DNA from: Oscillospiraceae bacterium
Lineage (GTDB): Bacteria; Bacillota; Clostridia; Oscillospirales; Oscillospiraceae
Assembly (NCBI GenBank): GCA_045631305.1
Contig: JAZQUM010000022.1
Coordinates: 1-60,350, forward strand
DNA: 60,350 bases
Direction: 5' to 3'
Shown one piece after another: positions 53,861 through 60,350 of this stretch (position 1 is the stretch's first letter; every line of letters begins with the position of its first letter). The position numbers and the translations under genes are program-made. The notes under the pieces were generated by a model. It saw only the letters and a list, made by a program, of their open reading frames with translations, had not been told where the DNA came from and ran no database searches.

Positions 53861-54505
53861 TTATTTTTGGCTAAGGGTGTAATACAGCATAACCAGACCC
53901 CCGCTCAGCAGCGCACCGCCCACAATATCACTGAACCAATGCACACCCGAAATCAATCTTCCGATGACCATAAATACCGTGAAAGCAACCAGCAGAATCT
54001 CAACCCACCGTTTGACGGAAATATTTTTGATCCGCGTGTGGAGCTGCATCAAAGCCGTCGGCATCACGCACATAGCCAGCATCGTTGTAGAAGAAGGATA
54101 CGATGCTTCCAAAATGCCATCAATCAATACAGGTCTGTAATTTACAACAAAGCGCTCAAAGAAAAGATACGCCGTCATAACTGCAAGATAAAAACCGCCG
54201 AGGAAAAGAATACTTCTGTCAACAGCCAGAAGCTTTTTTCTTTGAACCCATTGTACCAGCCCCAGCACTGCAAATCCCACTATAAAACCAAGGGGCACCA
54301 AACCCAGCCAATCCGTAACCGTATACAAGCTCATATGCACGCCGGTAAGGTTATGAAAAAAGCTATTGATGGCAGCAAGCCCAACTGTCGAACCCTGCGG
54401 GCCGATCTGCTCTGTATCAATAAAGCTCACCCCTACTGTCCACAGCACAAATGCCGCAAGCATACAAAGCGAAGCATAAAAGTATTTGAGATTTCCTCGT
54501 TTCAT
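53861..54505 (-). CDS. PAP2-superfamily membrane protein with a degenerate catalytic motif
   Basis: 6 TM. The C3 motif GRLISGVHWFSDIVGG is intact, but the C2 position reads SYPSSTT instead of S-x-P-S-G-H. Confidence 0.7.
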   Translation of the reverse strand: MKRGNLKYFYASLCMLAAFVLWTVGVSFIDTEQIGPQGSTVGLAAINSFFHNLTGVHMSLYTVTDWLGLVPLGFIVGFAVLGLVQWVQRKKLLAVDRSILFLGGFYLAVMTAYLFFERFVVNYRPVLIDGILEASYPSSTTMLAMCVMPTALMQLHTRIKNISVKRWVEILLVAFTVFMVIGRLISGVHWFSDIVGGALLSGGLVMLYYTLSQK

Positions 54506-54612
54506 GTTTTTTACCTCTCTTTTGTGTTTTCAGCTTTCGCCTGAACTACACTCTATAAGAAAGGCTTCAAAAACATAAGAAGCGCAGTGTCACACCCACG
54601 ACACGCTTCGTG

Positions 54613-55218
54613 TCATTCCCATTTGATGAGCATCAAAACCTTTATTGCAAGAAACATAAACAAAAAGGCTGCTGCATAGGGCTGCAAACTCACAATAAAA
54701 AGAACTGTCCCCACCACATTAAGCATCAAGGATAGTTTCTTCTTGCCTCGTCTCCAGAAAGCCTGCTGGCAATTCTGCAGAGCAAGCGTCAAAATCCCGC
54801 AAGCAATAAGCCCAATAACTACAACAAAATAGGCACATCTCAGCCACGGAGAAATTTCACTTAAGGTCAAAAGCGCTACACCTCTGATACCACTATCCAT
54901 TTCCTGCCTAAAAAACGGTAGGAACAAAAACAGCGCCGCACTAAAATCAAGCAGCCCAAACAGCAGATCCAGAAAATGAGACTCCTTCTCTTTCGAGTCC
55001 GCTTCCGCTATGGTAAGCAATTCATCACCGGATAACAGCTCATCTACCGTTATACCAAAAAACTTCGCCAGTGCTTTCAGCGACTCTATATTAGGATATC
55101 CTCTGCCCGATTCCCATTTCGAAACAGCAGTGCGGGACACATAAAGAGCCTCCGCAAGTTCTTCCTGCGTTAAACCCTTTTGTTTTCTTAATTCCTGAAT
55201 TTTCTCGTGAAATTCCAT
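54613..55218 (-). CDS. Membrane-tethered XRE-family HTH transcriptional regulator
   Basis: N-terminal HTH LRKQKGLTQEELAEALYVSRTAVSKWESGRGYPN followed by about 4 TM helices. Confidence 0.8.
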   Translation of the reverse strand: MEFHEKIQELRKQKGLTQEELAEALYVSRTAVSKWESGRGYPNIESLKALAKFFGITVDELLSGDELLTIAEADSKEKESHFLDLLFGLLDFSAALFLFLPFFRQEMDSGIRGVALLTLSEISPWLRCAYFVVVIGLIACGILTLALQNCQQAFWRRGKKKLSLMLNVVGTVLFIVSLQPYAAAFLFMFLAIKVLMLIKWE

Positions 55219-55295
55219 AATCGCTCTTTCCGAAAAAGCGCGTAATGCGACAATTTCTATTCATCGTTTCTTTAAATATAATAAGCGACAAATAC

Positions 55296-55335
55296 AAAAA
55301 GAACAAGCACAGCAGAGCAATCTGCTGTGCTTGTT
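55296..55335 (-). terminator. Rho-independent terminator after rplT
   Basis: AACAAGCACAGCAG-agcaat-CTGCTGTGCTTGTT 14-bp stem, then a U-run on the minus transcript. Confidence 0.8.
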
Positions 55336-55357
55336 GATTGTTTAATTCAGCAATTGA

Positions 55358-55708
55358 TTAGGCCTTCTTTGCGATTTCGCACAGAGCGGAGAAAGCAACT
55401 GCATCGTTGATTGCCATTTCGGAAAGCATCTTGCGGTTGATTTCGATGCCAGCAACCTTCAGACCGTGCATGAAGGTGGAGTAGTTCATGCCGTTGAGCT
55501 TGCAAGCAGCGGAGATGCGGGTGATCCACAGCTGACGGAAATCTCTCTTCTTCAGACGACGGCCGATGTAAGCGTAGGTCAGGGACTTCATGACCTGCTC
55601 GTTAGCCATCTTAAAGTGCTTGGACTTGGAACCCCAGTAGCCCTTAGCCATCTTCAGGGTCTTATTTCTTCTCTTGCGCGTCATCATTGCGCCTTTTACA
55701 CGTGCCAT
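55358..55708 (-). CDS. rplT: 50S ribosomal protein L20
   Basis: [26 protein letters not shown]... Confidence 0.95.
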   Translation of the reverse strand: MARVKGAMMTRKRRNKTLKMAKGYWGSKSKHFKMANEQVMKSLTYAYIGRRLKKRDFRQLWITRISAACKLNGMNYSTFMHGLKVAGIEINRKMLSEMAINDAVAFSALCEIAKKA

Positions 55709-55742
55709 ATTGTAAAGCCTCCTATTTCAGCGTATCGTTTTC

Positions 55743-55940
55743 TTATTTGTAGGGGATCATCTTGCGGATCGTTGCTTCAGTGGTAGTATCAGCATAACCA
55801 CCGGCACGAAGACGGCGCAGACGCTTGCTGTCCTTCTTGTTGAGGATATGGCTCTTGAATGCCTTTGCGCGCTTAACCTTACCGGTCTTGGTCAGGTTGA
55901 ATCTTTTCTTAGCGCCAGAATGAGTCTTGAGTTTGGGCAT
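55743..55940 (-). CDS. rpmI: 50S ribosomal protein L35
   Basis: [14 protein letters not shown]... Confidence 0.95.
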   Translation of the reverse strand: MPKLKTHSGAKKRFNLTKTGKVKRAKAFKSHILNKKDSKRLRRLRAGGYADTTTEATIRKMIPYK

Positions 55941-55984
55941 GGTGAATCTCCTTCCGTATGTTTAAAACAAAAAATAAAACTAAT

Positions 55985-56503
55985 TTATTTGCCGCTCTTG
56001 GGAGAGAGGAACATAGACATGTTTCTGCCTTCCAGCTTAGCAGCCTTATCCAGGGATGCCACTTCGGCGCACTGCTCAGCAAAGCGTTCCAGCAGGTCAC
56101 GGCCAATTTCCGTATGAGCCATTTCACGGCCGCGGAAACGAACGGACACCTTCACGCGATTGCCATCGGCAATGAACTTCTGTGCATTTTTGAGCTTGGT
56201 GTTAAAGTCACCGATGTCGATACCGGGAGACATGCGGATCTCCTTGATCTCCACAACGTGCTGATTCTTCTTTGCTTCTTTCTCGCGCTTACCCTGCTCG
56301 AACTTGTACTTACCATAGTCCATGAGCTTGCAAACGGGAGGAACAGCCTGAGGAGAAATCTTCACCAGGTCAACGCCCTGTTCATCGGCAATATTCAGCG
56401 CTTCTGCAGCGGACATGATACCCAGCTGCTCGCCGTCGGAACCGATGAGGCGTACTTCCTTATCAGTGATTTCCTCGTTCAATTGATGCACTACGTTACT
56501 AAT
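55985..56503 (-). CDS. infC: Translation initiation factor IF-3 (ATT start codon)
   Basis: I-SNVVHQLNEEITDKEVRLIGSDGEQLGIMS... GGAGG lies 8 nt before the ATT at 56503. The ORF-track ATG extension (to 56554) has no SD and adds a non-IF3 N-terminus. Confidence 0.9.
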   Translation of the reverse strand: MSNVVHQLNEEITDKEVRLIGSDGEQLGIMSAAEALNIADEQGVDLVKISPQAVPPVCKLMDYGKYKFEQGKREKEAKKNQHVVEIKEIRMSPGIDIGDFNTKLKNAQKFIADGNRVKVSVRFRGREMAHTEIGRDLLERFAEQCAEVASLDKAAKLEGRNMSMFLSPKSGK

Positions 56504-56660
56504 AGCCGAAGCACCTCCATTCCAAAAATAACAAAACGCGAATGCACAAAGCATCCGCGCAACGACAAACTCCCGCCCTGAGTGGGGGAAGAAATGAACC
56601 GTGTTAACCTCTTTGCTGAGCTGGAGGTGAGGCAGATGCTATCAACCTTCTTTGTTTTGC
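56504..56660 (-). ncRNA. infC operon leader with an intrinsic attenuator (L20-leader-like)
   Basis: About 155-nt 5' UTR. It has CTGAGC...GCTCAG long-range pairing. A hairpin CGCGGATGC-tttgt-GCATTCGCG (56537-56560) is followed by TTTTGTTATTTTT just before the SD. The architecture matches L20-mediated attenuation in Firmicutes; the family assignment is untested. Confidence 0.45.
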
Positions 56661-56666
56661 TCAGTT

Positions 56667-56695
56667 ATTATAGCAATACTACCGCCCTATGTCAA
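56667..56695 (-). promoter_or_regulatory. Consensus sigma-A promoter of infC-rpmI-rplT
   Basis: On the minus strand: TTGACA (56695-56690), 17-nt spacer, TATAAT (56672-56667). Confidence 0.65.
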
Positions 56696-56866
56696 CACCT
56701 TTTTTGCAACTTTTTCAAATTTTTCCGCAGTATTTTTTAACTCTCACATTATAATATATGTATCGTAAATTTTCCAGCTTTTTTGCTTTCCGCCACAGTT
56801 TCTTCGCATAAATTTCCCTCCATCGCAGATACTATCCTCACAATCCCAGGAAAGGAGGATCCCGTT

Positions 56867-56977
56867 ATGCGCGAGGATTACGATAATTCCAACAAGAAGA
56901 ATTCCGGCAGCACCAATAATACCAACACCACCGGTAACACTTCCAAGACCAATAAGAGCAGCAAAAACTGCAAGTAA
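56867..56977 (+). CDS. Candidate 36-aa polar small protein
   Basis: MREDYDNSNKKNSGSTNNTNTTGNTSKTNKSSKNCK. AAGGAGG lies 7 nt before the ATG, TAA is at 56975-56977, and a + oriented terminator follows. It competes with an antisense hydrophobic ORF. Confidence 0.35.
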   Translation: MREDYDNSNKKNSGSTNNTNTTGNTSKTNKSSKNCK

Positions 56978-56983
56978 GGCCAA

Positions 56984-57017
56984 AGACGGACGAAGGCTCG
57001 TCCGTCTTTCTTGTTTT
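56984..57017 (+). terminator. Rho-independent terminator after the small ORF
   Basis: AGACGGACGA-aggc-TCGTCCGTCT 10-bp stem, then TTCTTGTTTT. Confidence 0.6.
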
Positions 57018-57062
57018 CCCTCCCCTTTTCTGCTATGATAGACAGGAAAGGCAGGTGGCAGC

Positions 57063-57524
57063 ATGAAACTTCTTATCTTCTCCGATTCCCATGGTTACCT
57101 CGACCACATGGTGCAAGCCGTGGAACAGGAACAGCCCCACCGCATCATTCATTTGGGCGACCACCTGAAAGACGCAGAAGCCCTTGCCGCTCTCTTCCCC
57201 CACATCCCCATGGATATGGTTCCCGGCAATTGTGATTTCTGCCCCACAGAAAGCCTTGAGAAAATGCTTTCTTTTGAAAATGTATCACTTCTCATCTGCC
57301 ACGGTCACACCCTGCGGGTAAAAGAAAGCTATCAGATCGCCCGCTATACAGGCATGGAGCGGGGCGTGAATGCCGTTCTTTTCGGCCACACCCATGTTCC
57401 CTATCTCTATGAATCCCCCGAGCTGACCCTTCTCAATCCGGGCAGCATCGGCCGCTACCGCCCCTCTTACGCGGTGATGGAACTCAAAAACGGCAGCTGC
57501 ACCTGCAGCCTGCACAAAATGTAA
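57063..57524 (+). CDS. YfcE/MJ0936-family metallophosphoesterase
   Basis: MKLLIFSDSHG...HLGD...GNCD...CHGH...GHTH motifs. Confidence 0.85.
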   Translation: MKLLIFSDSHGYLDHMVQAVEQEQPHRIIHLGDHLKDAEALAALFPHIPMDMVPGNCDFCPTESLEKMLSFENVSLLICHGHTLRVKESYQIARYTGMERGVNAVLFGHTHVPYLYESPELTLLNPGSIGRYRPSYAVMELKNGSCTCSLHKM

Positions 57525-57527
57525 AGC

Positions 57528-57564
57528 AAAAGGAGCAAGGTATCTTTCAACCCTGCTCCTTTTT
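57528..57564. terminator. Bidirectional terminator between convergent genes
   Basis: GGAGCAAGG / CCCTGCTCC stem (one mismatch), 10-nt loop, flanking A4 and T5. Confidence 0.5.
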
Positions 57565-57618
57565 AACATCAGTTCAGCAAATCGGAACTTGCCGTTTCAT
57601 ATAAAATAAAGGATATAT

Positions 57619-57885
57619 CTAATGCTTCCTCTTTTTCATCAACAGAGCTATTCCTTCAACAATCAATGAGCCCACTGCAAGTTCTGTTGCCATCACCGCC
57701 CAAAGCAGAAGCGTGCCGTCAGTTCCGTGATTAACAAGGTGACCGGTCCAAAGCCATGCTATCACGGAAACGAAAACCAAAATACCGGATAGCAGATACC
57801 CTTTTTTCCATTTGAATAACATCGCTCTGATAACTATTCCAATTAAAACTGGCAAAACAAAATACATAAATACAGCACCATTCAT
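57619..57885 (-). CDS. Small membrane protein (3 TM), function unknown
   Basis: 88 aa from the ATG at 57885 (GAGGTGG 6 nt upstream). The ORF is open to a TTG at 57921. Confidence 0.4.
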   Translation of the reverse strand: MNGAVFMYFVLPVLIGIVIRAMLFKWKKGYLLSGILVFVSVIAWLWTGHLVNHGTDGTLLLWAVMATELAVGSLIVEGIALLMKKRKH

Positions 57886-57910
57886 GCAATCCCACCTCTT
57901 TTTCAAATCC

Positions 57911-58093
57911 TTATTTTCCAAATCTCTTCTTTATTGTATCGGTGATAATGCCTGCTGCAATCACTATCGCTAAAATAGCATATAAAAAGGCAACTTCTTT
58001 CCAGGAGGAAATCCAGGCAACGCGCCAAAAAACAAAACAGATAATCGCAAAAGCAATCACAGCAATCGCAATATCCCTTATTTGTTTTTTCAT
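57911..58093 (-). CDS. Small membrane protein (2 TM), function unknown
   Basis: 60 aa, MKKQIRDIAIAVIAFAIICFVFW... GGAGG lies 7 nt before the ATG at 58093. Confidence 0.4.
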   Translation of the reverse strand: MKKQIRDIAIAVIAFAIICFVFWRVAWISSWKEVAFLYAILAIVIAAGIITDTIKKRFGK

Positions 58094-58221
58094 AAGAACA
58101 CCTCCCCTTGTCAAATTATTGTATCACACTTCCGCCCCATTGTCCTGTTTCAGCCTAAAATTTCTTTCTGCGGATAAGGTCTCCCCTTTTGGCAAATACT
58201 TTTTCCAAAGGAGGGCCGCAC

Positions 58222-58866
58222 ATGATAACCGCTTTCATCCGCACTGTCATTTTATATTTTGTCATCACCATTGGCCTGCGACTCATGGGCAAACGGCAAA
58301 TCGGCGAATTGGAGCCCACAGAACTGGTCATCACCCTGCTGATCTCAGATCTCGCTTCCGTCCCCATGCAGGATTTCGGTGTCCCGCTGCTGGACGGGCT
58401 CGTTCCCATTGCGGTGCTGCTGTCCCTTTCCATGCTGGTCTCCTATTTTAATCTCAAATCCATCCCCTTCCGCAATCTTGTCTGCGGCGAACCCGCCATT
58501 TTGATCCAAAACGGAAAAGTCTCCCAAAAAGCCATGGCCAAAAATCGCTTTACCCTGGATGAGCTTTTAGAGCAGCTGCGCTCTCAAGGCATTTTTGACC
58601 TCTCTTGCGTGAAGTATGCCATTCTGGAAACCGATGGTCAGCTTTCCGTCCTCCCCTATACCCGCGAGCAAAGCGAAACGCTCCCCACCCTCATCATTAA
58701 CGACGGGCGATTGATGGAGAAAAACCTCAAACACTGCGGGCTGGATGAAACCTGGCTGCACCGCGCGTTGACGCGCCACAAGGTGGACTCTGTGAAAGAT
58801 ATCTTCTTCCTCTCTGTCGACGAGCTTGGCAACGTGATTCTGATCCCCCGGGAGGAGCGCATATGA
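58222..58866 (+). CDS. DUF421 (YetF-like) membrane protein
   Basis: ...LRLMGKRQIGELEPTELVITLLISDLA...GEPAILIQNGKV...LDELLEQLRSQG... AAGGAGG lies 7 nt before the ATG. Confidence 0.8.
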   Translation: MITAFIRTVILYFVITIGLRLMGKRQIGELEPTELVITLLISDLASVPMQDFGVPLLDGLVPIAVLLSLSMLVSYFNLKSIPFRNLVCGEPAILIQNGKVSQKAMAKNRFTLDELLEQLRSQGIFDLSCVKYAILETDGQLSVLPYTREQSETLPTLIINDGRLMEKNLKHCGLDETWLHRALTRHKVDSVKDIFFLSVDELGNVILIPREERI

Positions 58867-59243
58867 AATACTGCATCGTTCCCCTTTTGCTGCTTTTGAG
58901 CCTTTTCGCCCTGTCCCTTGAAAACGGGCGCATCTTGCAGCAGGATATGGACACTTGCCTTGTGCAGATGGAATCTGCACAGCGATCCACCACTTCCCAA
59001 AGCTGGAGCGACGCGCTCCAGGCCACCCAGGCAGCTTATGACCACTGGCAAAGTCGCCAGACTTACCTCCATATCGTCTGCCACCGCGACACGCTCAATA
59101 CGGCCGAATCCCTCTTTCGCCGCTGTTTGATCCTTGCCTGCGATGAAGATGCCCCCGAGTTTCACGCCAATGCCGCCGAACTCATCTCCCAGCTTGAAGC
59201 CCTTGGAGATATGGAGTCTTTCAGCATCAAACATGTATTTTAA
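58863..59243 (+). CDS. DUF4363-like small secreted/membrane protein
   Basis: 126 aa, N-terminal hydrophobic segment, 4-nt ATGA overlap with the DUF421 gene. This pairing is common in Clostridia. Confidence 0.65.
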   Translation: MKYCIVPLLLLLSLFALSLENGRILQQDMDTCLVQMESAQRSTTSQSWSDALQATQAAYDHWQSRQTYLHIVCHRDTLNTAESLFRRCLILACDEDAPEFHANAAELISQLEALGDMESFSIKHVF

Positions 59244-59246
59244 CAC

Positions 59247-59280
59247 AAAAAGTCCCGAATCTTTCGATTCGGGACTTACT
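59247..59280. terminator. Bidirectional terminator between the DUF4363 gene and nrdR
   Basis: AAGTCCCGAATC-tttc-GATTCGGGACTT 12-bp stem. Confidence 0.8.
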
Positions 59281-59284
59281 TAAT

Positions 59285-59740
59285 TTACTTTTCGGCCAGA
59301 AGCTTATTGAGTTCTGCCATGAAGGTATCGATATCCTTAAACTGGCGGTAAACGGAAGCAAAACGAACGTACGCTACCTGGTCCACGCCTCTCAGACGAT
59401 CCATTACCTTTTCGCCAATGGAATCGGTGCTGATCTCACGCTCCATAGAGTTCTGGAGTTCCAGTTCAATTTCATCGGCAATTTTTTCCAGCGAAGCGAG
59501 CGATACAGGGCGCTTTTCACAAGCACGGATCATACCGCGCAGCACCTTGCTGCGGTCAAAGCTCTGACGGCTGCCATCTTTCTTAATTACCACGATAGGG
59601 AGACTTTCTACAGTTTCATAAGTGGTAAATCGTCTTTCACAGCTCAGGCACTCTCTGCGGCGGCGAATGCTGCTGCCTTCCTCTGCCGGACGGGAGTCCA
59701 CTACCTTGCTTTCACGGAAACCGCAATAAGGACATTTCAT
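59285..59740 (-). CDS. nrdR: Transcriptional repressor NrdR
   Basis: [17 protein letters not shown]...[12 protein letters not shown] Zn ribbon plus an ATP-cone. Confidence 0.95.
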   Translation of the reverse strand: MKCPYCGFRESKVVDSRPAEEGSSIRRRRECLSCERRFTTYETVESLPIVVIKKDGSRQSFDRSKVLRGMIRACEKRPVSLASLEKIADEIELELQNSMEREISTDSIGEKVMDRLRGVDQVAYVRFASVYRQFKDIDTFMAELNKLLAEK

Positions 59741-59836
59741 ATCTTTTCCTCCTGCACTTCTTTCACACACATTTTGCGAAGGCAATTATCTTTTTTTATT
59801 ATACCAAACCAAATAAAAAAACACAAGATATTGTGG

Positions 59837-60350
59837 TCACTTTTTCATTAAAATCGGTTCTCCCTTTTGATCAAAAGAAAACACGGCATATTCCCTTCCC
59901 CAAATCCTTTCGATTCTCGCAAGGCAGAAAAGCCCGCTCATAGGAAAAGGCATCCGCTCTCCGCAGGGAAAACCTATCTCCCGCACGCCGCCGCGCAAAC
60001 GAAAAAGCCCATTTTGCAGCGGTGGCAGCACAGAGCAGTACCTGCGGCAAAGCTGCGCCTCTTCTCCGTCCAAGCCTCGCCACGCATTCTCTTTTTCCCA
60101 CTGCACCGATACCTGAGCGCATTGCAGTTTTCCCAGCGGCTCCACCGTCCCCACGGAAAGCCTGCGCTGCAGCATATACCCGTCTTCTGTGGGTTCTGCC
60201 ACCCCCAAAAGCAGCTCCCCCCGCTCTCCTTTGAGATAGAGTCGCGGAATCACTTTATCTTTAATAGCAACACGGGCAAAAAACTGCAGATACAATCCCT
60301 CCTGCGCTACCGTGATTTCCCCACAGGAGGCGCCATGATAAAATATCGGA
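59837..60350 (-). CDS. Hypothetical protein, 5' end probably outside the window
   Basis: The reading frame stays open to the window edge (...PIFYHGASCGEITVAQEGLYLQFFARV...). The TTG at 60295 has no usable SD spacing. No recognisable motifs. Confidence 0.4.
   Translation of the reverse strand, partial: PIFYHGASCGEITVAQEGLYLQFFARVAIKDKVIPRLYLKGERGELLLGVAEPTEDGYMLQRRLSVGTVEPLGKLQCAQVSVQWEKENAWRGLDGEEAQLCRRYCSVLPPLQNGLFRLRGGVREIGFPCGERMPFPMSGLFCLARIERIWGREYAVFSFDQKGEPILMKK

Noticed and set aside
56744-57064. 106-aa minus-strand hydrophobic ORF as the real gene
   Set aside because: Its start overlaps the yfcE-type gene ATG, it has a weak SD, and it must translate through a terminator hairpin oriented for the other strand. 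It is kept only as the alternative hypothesis in the findings.
1-60350. Search for rRNA, CRISPR arrays, IS elements, prophage or toxin-antitoxin/defence cassettes
   Set aside because: None were found. Apart from the pilus segment, every sizeable ORF has a housekeeping or common accessory identity, and no repeat-spacer pattern is visible.

Overview
This 60.35 kb window is chromosomal DNA that looks like a moderately GC-rich, butyrate-producing member of the Clostridia. The taxonomic call is inference only, based on a PolC replicase, Firmicutes-style gene order, an ATT-start infC and sortase pili. Most genes lie on the minus strand.

Most of the window is conserved housekeeping:
- a partial type III glutamine synthetase, asnA and hflX
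- the polC-ispG-rseP-dxr-cdsA-uppS-frr-pyrH block
- engB-lon-clpX-clpP-tig and thrC
- yraN-rnhB-ylqF-lepB-rplS
- a split TIGR03960/TIGR03936 radical SAM pair, an M23/M50 protease pair and azlCD
- the complete butyryl-CoA operon crt-thl-hbd-bcd-etfB-etfA
- trmB, infC-rpmI-rplT (with a consensus promoter and an attenuator-type leader) and nrdR

The one clearly accessory segment is about 35.1-44.7 kb. It holds a leaderless two-domain DUF11-like protein and a stand-alone tRNA-Pro(CGG) with its own consensus promoter and terminator. It also holds an eight-gene sortase-dependent pilus operon: two small ORFs, a catalytically intact signal peptidase I, a tip protein, a backbone pilin, a class C sortase, a base pilin and a second sortase.

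The most unusual element is the mature N-terminus of the 926-aa tip protein. It carries ten tandem Cys2-His2 units (C-G-x(n)-H-x-H-x3-C-[YF]) that I cannot assign to any named domain.

Other points worth follow-up:
- an SD-driven 10-codon uORF overlapping the tip gene start
- repeat motifs upstream of the pilus operon
- two overlapping palindromes plus phased T-tracts upstream of clpP, with no CtsR or CIRCE site
- a Rex-like box in front of the butyrate operon
- lineage-specific insertions in thiolase and EtfA
- a 36-codon polar small ORF with a strong SD and terminator

I saw no rRNA, CRISPR, transposase, integrase or phage genes. All calls come from reading the sequence and the ORF translations. 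No database search was run, and start codons are the least certain coordinates.
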